From: Patescibacteria group bacterium
GTDB lineage: Bacteria > Patescibacteriota > Minisyncoccia > Phycocordibacterales > CSBR16-193
Length of the DNA stretch: 52,319 bases
NCBI GenBank assembly: GCA_051745565.1
Contig: JBNJEF010000001.1
Location: forward strand, 1-52,319
Direction of reading: 5' to 3'
In this document: piece after piece, positions 27,383 to 36,795 of the stretch
Numbering within the stretch: the first letter of the stretch is position 1
How the letters are laid out: each line of letters begins with the position of its first letter
Notes under the pieces: model-generated
Seen by the model: the letters and a program-made list of their open reading frames with translations, nothing else
Databases searched by the model: none
Told to the model about the DNA's origin: nothing
Program-made: the position numbers and the translations under genes

Positions 27383-27450
27383 AACGCACCTGATCCTTTT
27401 AGGTTGATACGTTTTTTATTTACCCCTGATTGACGGGGTTTTTTAAGCAC

Positions 27451-27462
27451 CATTGATCAATG
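27451..27462. promoter_or_regulatory. perfect 12-bp palindrome upstream of the GH57 gene (possible operator)
   Basis: The palindrome is cattgatcaatg, 110 nt upstream of ATG 27572. The only evidence is the sequence symmetry. Confidence 0.25.
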
Positions 27463-27571
27463 TTTACTCTAAACACTTTGTTCACATTGCTTTATCCGTG
27501 TCTCTCAAGTTATTATATCTAACAGATGTTTCGGTTTTTATATCTCATTAATCCTTTTAATTAATTAATTT

Positions 27572-28822
27572 ATGGCATCCATTTGCTTCTACTTTCAAGT
27601 ACATCAGCCCTTTAGGATAAAAAAATATGGCATATTTGATATAGGAAGTACTGATTACTTTGACGATGACAGTGAGACGGATCTTAATAATAAAAGGATA
27701 TTAAAGAAGGTAGCCAATAAATGCTATCTTCCGGCCAATGCCGTACTAAAAGATGTTTTGGAAAAGCACCCCGAGTTCAAAGCCAGCTTTTCCTTTTCCG
27801 GTGTATTTTTGGAACAGTGTGCCATGTTCGCTCCCGAGGTTTTGGAGTCTTTCAAGGAGCTTATTGACACCGGCAGAGTAGAGGTAATGAGTGAGACCTA
27901 CTATCACTCGCTTGCCGCGCTTTACTCTCAAAAGGAGTTTGAAAAGCAGGTCAAGCTCCACAGCGAGGCCATAAAAGAGATATTCGGTTTGGAGCCCAAG
28001 GTCTTCAGGAACACTGAGTTGATCTACAGTAATGATATCGCTCGCGAGGCTCACAGAATGGGTTTTAAGGCGGTTTTGGCCGAAGGAGCTGATCATGTTT
28101 TAGGATGGAGAAGTCCCAACTTTATTTACAATCCTCCGGGAGTAAAAGATCTGCCTCTTCTGCTGAAGAATTACAGACTTTCGGATGACGTGGCTTTCAG
28201 GTTCGGAGAAAGGGGTTGGAAAGAGTATCCGCTAACGGCCGAGAAGTTTGCCAGTTGGGTTACTTCACATAACGGTAACGGTGAGGTTATAAATCTATTC
28301 ATGGATTATGAGACCTTTGGTGAGCACCAGTGGGAGGATACCGGTATATTTGAGTTCTTAAGACATTTTCCTTCAATGTATTTAAAGCATAAAGATAATG
28401 ATTTCGTTACCCCCACTGAAGCGGTGGAGAAATACAGGTCCGTCGGGGAAATTGATGTACCGCATTATGTTTCTTGGGCGGATGTGGAAAGAGATATTTC
28501 TGCATGGCGCTCTAACGAGATACAGCATGATGCTCTAAGGTGTATATATGAGATGGAGCGTGAGGTTGTTGAACTTGATGATCCCGCTATTTTGCACACC
28601 TGGAGAAAGCTTCAGACCTCCGATCACTTTTATTATATGTGCACCAAGTGGTTCCAGGACGGAGATGTTCATAAGTATTTCAATCCTTATGAATCACCTT
28701 ATGAGGCCTTTATTGCTTTTTGCAACGTGGTAAGCGATCTTAAACTTCGTATAGAGAATAAAAAAAGAGAGTTATCATCTATTGATCTTGAATCTAAAAG
28801 TGTTTTAGAAAAAGAAATTTAA
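27572..28822 (+). CDS. glycoside hydrolase family 57 (alpha-amylase / alpha-glucan processing)
   Basis: FYFQVHQPFR N-terminus and MDYETFGEH catalytic region, both typical of GH57. Confidence 0.9.
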   Translation: MASICFYFQVHQPFRIKKYGIFDIGSTDYFDDDSETDLNNKRILKKVANKCYLPANAVLKDVLEKHPEFKASFSFSGVFLEQCAMFAPEVLESFKELIDTGRVEVMSETYYHSLAALYSQKEFEKQVKLHSEAIKEIFGLEPKVFRNTELIYSNDIAREAHRMGFKAVLAEGADHVLGWRSPNFIYNPPGVKDLPLLLKNYRLSDDVAFRFGERGWKEYPLTAEKFASWVTSHNGNGEVINLFMDYETFGEHQWEDTGIFEFLRHFPSMYLKHKDNDFVTPTEAVEKYRSVGEIDVPHYVSWADVERDISAWRSNEIQHDALRCIYEMEREVVELDDPAILHTWRKLQTSDHFYYMCTKWFQDGDVHKYFNPYESPYEAFIAFCNVVSDLKLRIENKKRELSSIDLESKSVLEKEI

Positions 28823-28827
28823 TATTT

Positions 28828-29451
28828 ATGGGTAAGGATAAAGAGAATAAAAAAAGTTTATGGGATATGTTCTTCGGTGTACTTGACGAGGAAGATGATA
28901 ATGGTACTTATCCGGAAGAGGAACTTGAAGACGAAGATGAGAATCTGGCTTCTGCCTTAGAGGGAAAAAAGAAAAAAAAGGGCAAAAAGATAGTTCCCGT
29001 TTTTGAAGATACCAAAGAGATCTCTTTCAATAATGATGCCGAAGAAGAAGGCGGAGCAACTGAAGAGGTCGCCGAAGAAGAAGGAGGAGTAACCGAAGAG
29101 GTTACCGGAGAAGAGGGTGGGCAAGATAAAGAGCAGGAAGAAGAGGTAAAAGAGTATGACAACGAAAGAAATTTTTCGGCGGAAGAGTTGGAGCCTCGTT
29201 TTAAAGCTCCCGCCGAAAGTTATTTTTTTGTTCACGATGGCCCCACTCTTAAAGATCTCTATGACCTGGAATATTATTTGGGTACTATAACCGAAAATCA
29301 GTTCCGGCATCATGTGAGGGAAGATGGTAACGATTTTGCCAACTGGGTAAGAGGTGTTTTCAAGGAAGAGGGTCTGGCCTCAGAACTTGAGCGTGCCGGG
29401 GATAGAGATTCTATGTGTTCCATATTAAGCAATTTCTTAAATTTAAGGTGA
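28828..29451 (+). CDS. acidic repeat protein with conserved C-terminal domain, unknown function
   Basis: 207 aa. The N-terminal 120 aa are D/E-rich with tandem repeats. The C-terminal section FFVHDGPTLKDLYDLEYYL...DFANWVRGVF looks like a folded domain. It sits 5-6 nt from both flanking glucan genes. Confidence 0.7.
   Translation: MGKDKENKKSLWDMFFGVLDEEDDNGTYPEEELEDEDENLASALEGKKKKKGKKIVPVFEDTKEISFNNDAEEEGGATEEVAEEEGGVTEEVTGEEGGQDKEQEEEVKEYDNERNFSAEELEPRFKAPAESYFFVHDGPTLKDLYDLEYYLGTITENQFRHHVREDGNDFANWVRGVFKEEGLASELERAGDRDSMCSILSNFLNLR
29038..29121 (+). repeat. 33-bp in-frame tandem repeat (about 2.5 copies) inside the acidic protein gene
   Basis: gccgaagaagaaggcggagcaactgaagaggtc, then gccgaagaagaaggaggagtaaccgaagaggtt, then accggagaagagggtggg. 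These encode AEEEGGATEEV / AEEEGGVTEEV / TGEEGG. Confidence 0.9.
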
Positions 29452-29457
29452 TCTCTT

Positions 29458-31434
29458 ATGTCTCGCCCTTTGAACTTTGGAAACGGAATGATATTGGTTG
29501 GCTTGGACAAATACGCCCAAGTAAGGGATTTTTACTTTCCTTATGTCGGTTCGGAAAATCATATTGGACGAAGAGATGTTCATAAAATAGGCGTTTGGAC
29601 GGACGGTGAAATAAGCTGGTTCTCCGGGGGAGAGTGGCATATTGAAAATCGCTATAAGGAGGAGATGATGACCTCTGATATAACTGCTCATAATGAGAAA
29701 ATGCGTCTCACGGTTCATTTCTCCGATGTTGTTTATAATGAGAAGAACATTTTTCTTCGTTCCATAAGGATTGAAAATCACGCTGATCATAAGCGTGAAG
29801 TTAAGATATTTTTTAATCAACAGTTTGAAATATCTCAAACATATTATGCCGACACCGCTTATTATAATCCCGCTCTCAGATCCATTATTCACTACAAGGG
29901 TAGAAGAGTTTTTTTAGTTGGCGGTAGGAATAGCAAAGGGGAGTTCTTTTCCGAATATTCCACCGGTCTTTTCAATATAGAGGGCAAAGAAGGAACCTGG
30001 AAAGATGCCGAAGACGGAAAACTCTCTAAGAATCCCATAGAGCACGGAGCCGTTGATTCTACGATGGGCATAGTAATGGATATTGAAGCCGGACAAAAGG
30101 AACAGGCCTATTATTGGATATGTGTAGGAGAAACTCTTGGTGAAGCCGAGAGGTTACAGGATCATCTTTTACATAAAACCGAGGAACATATAATTGAGAC
30201 GACTAGTAATTTTTGGCAAGCCTGGGTTAACAATTTTGATATTTCTTTTGAGGGTCTTTCTAAAGAGGTAGTGGATCTCTTCAAGAGGTCTCTTTTGGTT
30301 ATAAGAACTCATTGCGACAATCGGGGAGGTATAATAGCTTCCGGAGATTCCGCTCAATTTCAGTACGGCAGGGATACATATAGTTATGTGTGGCCTCGTG
30401 ACGGTGTTTTTATAGCTCTTAGTATGGATAAAACGGGATATTCGGAAATATCGGAACGTTTTTACAGGTTTTGTAATGAGGTAATGACCCAAGGAGGATA
30501 TATGTTACATAAATATCAGCCGGATATGTCCTTGGGAAGTTCCTGGCACCCTTGGACTCAAGGGGAAACTCCTCAGCTTGCTATTCAAGAAGACGAAACC
30601 GCCCTCTTGCTTATTGGACTGTGGGAGCATTACCAGTTCAGTAAAAATCTGGAATTTGTAGAAGAGCTTTATAATCCTTTCGTAAAAAACGCCGTAGAAT
30701 TTATTATCAGTTACCGCGATGACGGGACCGGTTTACCCAGGCAGAGTTATGATCTTTGGGAAGAGAATTATGCTGTATCAACTTTCACTGCCTCCACGGT
30801 TTATGGAGCACTTACAGCCGCCTCCAAGTTCGCTGATCTTTTGGGCAAAGAAGAGGAATGTGACAGATACGCTCACATAGCGGAAGAAATAAGAAAAAAA
30901 ATAATTGAAAAACTCTATGATGATGAGAGAGGCGTTTTTTATAAATCGGTTCGCCTGGAAGAGGGAGTATTGATCCCTGATCATACTATAGATTCAAGTT
31001 CAATTTATGGGTGTTTTCGTTTCGGTGTTCTTCCGGTGAATGATGAGCGAATGGAGAGGGCTTTTGAGAATACCAAAAAAGCACTGTCGGACCCGGTGTC
31101 CGTTGGTGGTTTTGTTCGTTATGAAGGTGATAAGTACCACGCTCCCGAAGGAGGATACACAGATGTTCCGGGTAATCCGTGGTTTGTAACCACTCTTTGG
31201 ATGCTTCGGTACAAAATAGCGCGTGCCTCCTCAGAAGAGGATCTGTATTTTGTAAATGATGAGCTTATGTGGTGCGTGGATAAAACCCTTGAAAGCGGAG
31301 TGTTATCGGAGCAGATCAATCCCTATACGGCCGAACAACTCTCGGTAGCTCCTTTGATATGGAGTCATGCTGAATTTGTTTTATCCGTTTTGGAGTATAT
31401 AGATAAACTCAAGGAAATAAAGGGGGAGTGCTGA
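29458..31434 (+). CDS. glycoside hydrolase family 15 (glucoamylase/glucodextranase-like)
   Basis: 658 aa with an N-terminal beta-sandwich and an (alpha/alpha)6 domain. Motifs: YSYVWPRDG, DLWEENYAVSTFT and PLIWSHAEF. Confidence 0.88.
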   Translation: MSRPLNFGNGMILVGLDKYAQVRDFYFPYVGSENHIGRRDVHKIGVWTDGEISWFSGGEWHIENRYKEEMMTSDITAHNEKMRLTVHFSDVVYNEKNIFLRSIRIENHADHKREVKIFFNQQFEISQTYYADTAYYNPALRSIIHYKGRRVFLVGGRNSKGEFFSEYSTGLFNIEGKEGTWKDAEDGKLSKNPIEHGAVDSTMGIVMDIEAGQKEQAYYWICVGETLGEAERLQDHLLHKTEEHIIETTSNFWQAWVNNFDISFEGLSKEVVDLFKRSLLVIRTHCDNRGGIIASGDSAQFQYGRDTYSYVWPRDGVFIALSMDKTGYSEISERFYRFCNEVMTQGGYMLHKYQPDMSLGSSWHPWTQGETPQLAIQEDETALLLIGLWEHYQFSKNLEFVEELYNPFVKNAVEFIISYRDDGTGLPRQSYDLWEENYAVSTFTASTVYGALTAASKFADLLGKEEECDRYAHIAEEIRKKIIEKLYDDERGVFYKSVRLEEGVLIPDHTIDSSSIYGCFRFGVLPVNDERMERAFENTKKALSDPVSVGGFVRYEGDKYHAPEGGYTDVPGNPWFVTTLWMLRYKIARASSEEDLYFVNDELMWCVDKTLESGVLSEQINPYTAEQLSVAPLIWSHAEFVLSVLEYIDKLKEIKGEC

Positions 31435-31466
31435 TACTTCACTCTTTTTGTGTTAAAATAGCTTTA

Positions 31467-31829
31467 ATGTCGGTAATAATAGCTAAGTGGTTGGTGGGCG
31501 CACTTTCCGTGATGATCGTCGCCGAAACACTGGATGCCGTGTCGGTATCCGGTCCTTATATCGCTCTAATAGTGGCTTTAATATGGGGCTTTATGAATAT
31601 TTCCATAAAGCCCATATTGATATTTATAACTCTTCCCTTGAATATATTAACTTTTGGTCTGTTCACTTTCATAATAAACGGAGCACTTTTGCTGTTCTTG
31701 GCTTCTTTTATAGACGGTCTGTCGGTTGAAGGGTTTTGGTGGGCGGTATTGGCGGCCGCGCTGGTAGTCGCCGTTAATTGGGTCGGCAATAGAATGATAC
31801 GATCATTAGCCCAGTCGGATCCTGAATAG
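31467..31829 (+). CDS. phage holin family 4 / DUF360-type 4-TM membrane protein
   Basis: NISIKPILIFITLPLNILTFGLFTFIINGALLL matches the PF04020-type pattern. The track start at 31428 is GTG overlapping the GH15 end; ATG 31467 is used. Confidence 0.65.
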   Translation: MSVIIAKWLVGALSVMIVAETLDAVSVSGPYIALIVALIWGFMNISIKPILIFITLPLNILTFGLFTFIINGALLLFLASFIDGLSVEGFWWAVLAAALVVAVNWVGNRMIRSLAQSDPE

Positions 31830-31916
31830 AGCTTACTTGTCAAAAAAGGAATGCGAGTCCATACTGGGTTTATTCGCTTTGATGGAATAATTTTTATTGG
31901 ATGAAATTAATGGATA

Positions 31917-32819
31917 ATGAGTATTAAGATAGTTACACATAACGGTCATTACCACAGTGATGATATTTTTGCGGTTGCCGTTTTACTGCTTTATTTGAAA
32001 GAGGAAGAAAATGAGGTAGAGATATTAAGGACCCGTGACGAGAAAGTAATAGAAGAGGCGGATTTTGCCGTTGATATAGGTGGAAGACATGATCCGGATA
32101 AGGGTCTTTTTGACCACCACCAAGAAGAGGGAGTGGGTAACCGTGAAAATGGAGTACCTTATGCCGCTTTCGGTCTTGTTTGGAGGCATTACGGAGTTGA
32201 CCTCTCCGGTGGAGAAGAGGAAGCGGAGACCATTGATCGTAAACTGGTACAGCCTATTGATGCGGGGGATAACGGAGTGAGGATATCGCAAAATATTTTT
32301 GAGGACGTTACTCCTTACAGTGTGCAGCATTTCTTCTCCGCTTTCTTGCCGACTTGGAGAGAGGCAAACGAAGTGGATGTGAATAAAGTTTTCCAAAATT
32401 GCGTTGATATAGCCAAAAGTGTACTTAAAAGAGAGATCAAAAAAGCCAGAGATGAAAAGCAAGGCAAAGAGATGGTAAAGAAAAGTCTCAATGAATACTC
32501 CGGAGAGAGGGTGGTTGTTTTGGAAGATTACTATCCTTGGAAGGAGGTCGCCTTGGAACACCCGGAGATCTTTTTTATGGTCTATCCGAGTTCAGAAGGA
32601 AGCTCTTGGCATGTTCAGGGTGTCCCGTCCGAAAAGAATTCCATGAGCACTCGTCTTTCTTTTCCTGAGGAATGGAGAGGAAAAAGAGAGCCGGAAATTC
32701 CCGAGGTAACAGGAGTTGAAGATGCCGTTTTTTGTCATAAAGCCGGCTTTTTGGCTGTGGCTAGGTCAAAAGAAGGGGCACTGGATCTGGCTTATAAGGC
32801 GCTGGAATATAATAAATAA
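31917..32819 (+). CDS. MYG1 family (UPF0160) metal-dependent hydrolase/exonuclease
   Basis: The N-terminus KIVTHNGHYHSDDIFAV and FDHHQ are typical of MYG1/UPF0160. Confidence 0.8.
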   Translation: MSIKIVTHNGHYHSDDIFAVAVLLLYLKEEENEVEILRTRDEKVIEEADFAVDIGGRHDPDKGLFDHHQEEGVGNRENGVPYAAFGLVWRHYGVDLSGGEEEAETIDRKLVQPIDAGDNGVRISQNIFEDVTPYSVQHFFSAFLPTWREANEVDVNKVFQNCVDIAKSVLKREIKKARDEKQGKEMVKKSLNEYSGERVVVLEDYYPWKEVALEHPEIFFMVYPSSEGSSWHVQGVPSEKNSMSTRLSFPEEWRGKREPEIPEVTGVEDAVFCHKAGFLAVARSKEGALDLAYKALEYNK

Positions 32820-32822
32820 TAT

Positions 32823-33815
32823 ATGGCTTTCACAGATGAAATAAATATAAACTTAAAAGCCGGTAAAGGAGGCGACGGCGTTGTTCGCTGGAGGCACGAG
32901 AAGTATAAAGAAAAAGCCGGCCCCAGCGGAGGTAACGGAGGACGTGGCGGTGATGTGAAGGCCGTAGCGATCAGGGATATATTCCGTCTTTCTCACTATG
33001 CTCAGTTTCCGGAACTATCGGCCCAAGACGGGGAGGACGGCATGAAAGACAGCCGAACCGGAGGCGGGGGAGATGATCTGGTCCTTGATCTTCCGGTGGG
33101 CTCTGTTATTATTAACACTGAAACCGGAGAAAAATTTGAACTGTTAAAGGAGGGAGAGGAAGCTCTTCTTTTAAGAGGAGGTAAGGGTGGTTTTGGTAAT
33201 GAATACTTCAAAAGCTCCAGGAACGTAACTCCCAGAGAGCAAACTGACGGTAAACCCGGAGAGAGTGCCGAATTTCATATTGAACTGCGTTTGATAGCCG
33301 ATATAGGGCTTGTCGGTTTTCCCAATGCCGGCAAGTCAACCTTGCTAAATTCTCTTACGGGAGCTAAAAGTAAGGTGGGAAGTTATAAATTCACCACCAT
33401 TGAACCCTATTTGGGTGATCTGCATGGAGTGATAATCGCGGATATTCCCGGTTTGATAGAAGGCGCTTCCCAGGGACGCGGTTTAGGACATGCTTTTTTG
33501 AGGCATATATCCAGGACAAGGCTGTTGGTTTTTTGTGTCTCGGCTGATTCCGAGGATGTAGTCAAAGAGTACGAAGCGGTGAATAAGGAATTGGAAAGTT
33601 ATGACATATCTATGCTTGAAAAACCATCCGTATTGGTGATCACTAAATCGGATGTCGTTGATAAGGTTCAATTGGAGAAAATAAAAAAAGAAACCTCCGC
33701 TAAAACCGGTCTTTCGGTCTATTCGGTATCAATACTTGATGACGAAAGTCTTAAAGACCTTTCCGAAAAACTGACCGAATGGGCGCAGGATGAAAATGAC
33801 GGCCAACTTTCCTGA
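32823..33815 (+). CDS. obg: GTPase Obg
   Basis: Glycine-rich Obg fold (GKGGDGVVRWR...GGNGGRGGDV), G1 GFPNAGKST, and G3 DIPGLIEGA. Confidence 0.93.
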   Translation: MAFTDEININLKAGKGGDGVVRWRHEKYKEKAGPSGGNGGRGGDVKAVAIRDIFRLSHYAQFPELSAQDGEDGMKDSRTGGGGDDLVLDLPVGSVIINTETGEKFELLKEGEEALLLRGGKGGFGNEYFKSSRNVTPREQTDGKPGESAEFHIELRLIADIGLVGFPNAGKSTLLNSLTGAKSKVGSYKFTTIEPYLGDLHGVIIADIPGLIEGASQGRGLGHAFLRHISRTRLLVFCVSADSEDVVKEYEAVNKELESYDISMLEKPSVLVITKSDVVDKVQLEKIKKETSAKTGLSVYSVSILDDESLKDLSEKLTEWAQDENDGQLS

Positions 33816-33877
33816 GTTTTAGGGAGCTGGTATATTTATTCAATGGCTTTATTGTTTTATATAAATAGAAATACCTT

Positions 33878-35302
33878 ATGAAGAAGTATAAACCTACTAT
33901 TGGCTTGGAGATACACGCTCAATTGCACACAAAGAGTAAAATGTTCTGTCGCTGTATCAATGATCCTGATGAGAGAAGACCTAACGTAAATATATGTCCC
34001 ATATGCACCGGTCAGCCCGGGACTTTACCTGTGGCTAACAAAGAAGCCATAAGAAAAATGTTGCAAATAGGTGCCAGTTTAAACGGAAAGCTGGCTGATT
34101 TTACGGAGTTTGACAGAAAACATTACTTTTATCCGGATATTCCCAAGGGGTATCAGATAAGCCAGTATCAACATCCTCTTGTTGAAGGAGGGGATCTTTC
34201 GGGGGTTAAGTTAACAAGGATACATTTAGAGGAGGATACCGCTCGTTCTACTCATGACAGAAAAGGGGGAACCTATGTTGATTTTAACCGTTCCGGCTTG
34301 CCTCTTATGGAGCTTGTTACGGAGCCGGAAATTGAGAGCGGTAAACAGGCCGCTCAAGTAGCCAAAGAACTGCAACTTTTGCTTCGTTACCTTGATGCCG
34401 GTAAGGCCAATATGGAAAAAGGGGAGATGAGAGTTGAAGCAAATCTTTCAGTCAGTGATTCAGAGAAGCTCGGGACCAAAGTGGAAGTGAAAAATCTCAA
34501 TTCCTTTAAAGCTGTTGAAAAAGCAGTAGCTTTTGAAATAGAAAGACATATAGATCTACTGGAGAAGGGTGAAAAGATAATTCAGGAAACCAGAGGATGG
34601 GACGAAGAGAAGCAGATAACGATCTCACAGAGGCAGAAAGAAGAGTCTCACGATTACCGCTATTTTCCCGAACCGGATATACCGCCATTTATCCTCTCTG
34701 AGTTTGAAGAATTTTCCTCGGATTTCATAAAAAGATCTCTTCCCGAGTTACCTTGGAGTAAAAGAGACAGATACAAGAAAGATTTCAATTTACCGGATGA
34801 GCAGGTGGAAGTTTTTATTAACTCTCCCGTTTTGGCTTTATTCTTTGAGGATGTAATAAAAGAGATGTCCTCGGCGGATAAAGAAGCGATCAAGAAAACG
34901 GCTAATTACATTGCTTCTGATCTTGTGGGTTTAATGAAGGAAGAGAGCAAGGATGACATACCTTTTTCTTCGCCTCGGTTTGCCGGATTGATGGAAATGA
35001 TAATGAAAAACGAACTTTCCTCCAGAGGAGGAAAGGATGTACTTTTTCATATGTATAAAGGAGAGAAGGGTTTGGCGCGCGAAATAGCCGAGAAGTTTGA
35101 ACTTATTCAGTCTAGTGATAGCGATGAATTGGACTCTTTAGCCGAGGAGATCATAAAAGAGAATGTCCAAGTAGCTGAAGATTATAAAGGAGGCAAAGAG
35201 AGCTCTTTACAGTTTCTTGTGGGGCAGGGTATGAAAAAGAGTAAGGGTTCCGCCAACCCTAAGATGTTGAGCGAGGTGTTAAAAGAAAAAATGAGTCAAT
35301 AA
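33878..35302 (+). CDS. gatB: Asp-tRNA(Asn)/Glu-tRNA(Gln) amidotransferase subunit B
   Basis: YKPTIGLEIHAQL, ICPICTGQPGTLP, HLEEDTA, and a C-terminal GatB/YqeY domain. Confidence 0.93.
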   Translation: MKKYKPTIGLEIHAQLHTKSKMFCRCINDPDERRPNVNICPICTGQPGTLPVANKEAIRKMLQIGASLNGKLADFTEFDRKHYFYPDIPKGYQISQYQHPLVEGGDLSGVKLTRIHLEEDTARSTHDRKGGTYVDFNRSGLPLMELVTEPEIESGKQAAQVAKELQLLLRYLDAGKANMEKGEMRVEANLSVSDSEKLGTKVEVKNLNSFKAVEKAVAFEIERHIDLLEKGEKIIQETRGWDEEKQITISQRQKEESHDYRYFPEPDIPPFILSEFEEFSSDFIKRSLPELPWSKRDRYKKDFNLPDEQVEVFINSPVLALFFEDVIKEMSSADKEAIKKTANYIASDLVGLMKEESKDDIPFSSPRFAGLMEMIMKNELSSRGGKDVLFHMYKGEKGLAREIAEKFELIQSSDSDELDSLAEEIIKENVQVAEDYKGGKESSLQFLVGQGMKKSKGSANPKMLSEVLKEKMSQ

Positions 35303-35317
35303 ATATTTTTTGCAAAA

Positions 35318-35350
35318 TAAAACCTCTCGCTTAAAGCGAGAGGTTTTATT
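35318..35350. terminator. bidirectional terminator shared by gatB (+) and rnpB (-)
   Basis: cctctcgct-taa-agcgagagg is a perfect 9-bp stem flanked by A-runs and T-runs. Confidence 0.75.
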
Positions 35351-35351
35351 T

Positions 35352-35926
35352 ATGTGTCCGTACCTATAAGCCGAATTCTGTGCCCCGCTCTTTTAAGTTT
35401 CATTGTCTTGATCATCTCACTTGCTACTCTTTGTTTGAGTGATCCGATCAAATAACAAAACCTAAAAGAGCGGGGCGGTAGTCATTTATCTGGGATGAAT
35501 GTCGCCATTCACCTCAAGCGGCACTCCCCGCTCTTTTAAACCTCGTTTAAATCAATCCGGACTTCTCTTTGTTGATCTCCAAGAGAAGAATTATCTATCG
35601 GTCTAACGAAATCTAAAAGAGCGGGGCACGGCCTTGCACCCGGTAAGGATTTAGCCGTTTCACCTCTCCGTTGCCGGGGAGTTATTCCCGGAGGGAATCC
35701 TTTGCCTTTCGGCTCCGGCGTCACTGCTCGCACCTCTCCCCATACTTTACTAGTAAAGTATGGGGGACGGGTGTTACCCGCTACCTTTTTAGACGCTCCG
35801 GTGGAGCGAATGGGTGTTCGGACTTTCCTCCCCGCTCTTTTAAATCCCGTTCATTTATTATTCTTCCAATAGCTGTTCAATTGTAACGGGGCCTAAAAGA
35901 GCGGGGCGACTACCCGGTACGGACCT
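35352..35926 (-). ncRNA. rnpB: RNase P RNA, bacterial type A architecture, unusually long (about 575 nt)
   Basis: On the minus strand: P1 GTCCGTACC...GGTACGGAC; P2 GGTAGTC...GACTACC; P4 GAGGAAAGTCCGAAC...CACAGAATTCGGCTTAT; GGTAACACCCG; GAGGTGAAACGG...CCGGGTGCAAGGCC; and P18 GAATG-GCGA-CATTC. All occur in the canonical order. Confidence 0.9.
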
Positions 35927-36028
35927 TTTATATTATACAATACATTTATCAAATGTCCAACAACTATCTTGTTCATAATACTCGTTTTATAGACGAAACT
36001 TCTTCAATTTCTTGGGGATTTTGTTATA

Positions 36029-36781
36029 ATGGCCTTTATGGAAGAGAATGGAAAAATTGGATCGCTTCACCCCATAACGACCTTCATACAAGAAGCTCAC
36101 TCCATATTCAGGGATATGGGTTTTTTTGTCGCCGAGGGACCACAGATGGAGACCGAGTATAATAATTTTGATGCTTTGAATGTTCCCGCCGACCATCCCG
36201 CTCGCGATCAACAGGACACCTTTTGGATAAAAAGTCCAAAAGATGAAAGGGTTCTTTTAAGGTCTCAAACATCTAATATCCAGATCCGTTATATGACGGA
36301 TAACAAGCCCCCATTTAGGATAATTTCGCCCGGTAGAGTTTACAGACAAGAAGCTACGGATGCCACTCATGAAGTGCAGTTCCATCAGATAGAGGGATTG
36401 GTGGTAGAGGAAGGTGTTAACCTGGGCCATCTTAAGGGTGTACTGGATAACTTTCTTAAAAAGGTTTTCAATGACGAAGGCCTGGTAACCAGATTTAGAC
36501 CCGGTTACTTTCCCTTTGTTGAACCCGGTGTTGAAATAGACATATCTTGCACGTTTTGCGGAGCCGAAAGTTGCAGTATATGTAAAAAAACCGGCTGGAT
36601 AGAAATACTGGGCGCGGGTATGATCCATCCCAATGTTCTATCCGCCGTGGATATTGATCCATCCCAATGGAAAGGTTTTGCTTTCGGTCTGTCTCCGGAG
36701 CGAATTCTTATGCTAAGGAACGGTATTAACGATATTCGCTGGTTCCATTCGGCCGATCTTCGTTTTATTAGGCAGTTTTAG
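36029..36781 (+). CDS. pheS: phenylalanine--tRNA ligase alpha subunit, N-terminally minimal (250 aa)
   Basis: SLHPITTFIQEAHSIFRDMGF, FDALNVPADHPARD and class II motifs are present. The roughly 90-aa N-terminal coiled coil of canonical PheS is absent. Confidence 0.9.
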   Translation: MAFMEENGKIGSLHPITTFIQEAHSIFRDMGFFVAEGPQMETEYNNFDALNVPADHPARDQQDTFWIKSPKDERVLLRSQTSNIQIRYMTDNKPPFRIISPGRVYRQEATDATHEVQFHQIEGLVVEEGVNLGHLKGVLDNFLKKVFNDEGLVTRFRPGYFPFVEPGVEIDISCTFCGAESCSICKKTGWIEILGAGMIHPNVLSAVDIDPSQWKGFAFGLSPERILMLRNGINDIRWFHSADLRFIRQF

Positions 36782-36795
36782 TTATTTGAGTATTT

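Noticed and set aside
35953-36162. 69-aa ORF upstream of and overlapping pheS, as a possible frameshifted remnant of the missing PheS N-terminal domain
   Set aside because: Its sequence (MSNNYLVHNTRFIDETSSISWGF...) has no coiled-coil character or similarity to PheS N-termini. It overlaps the well-supported pheS frame.
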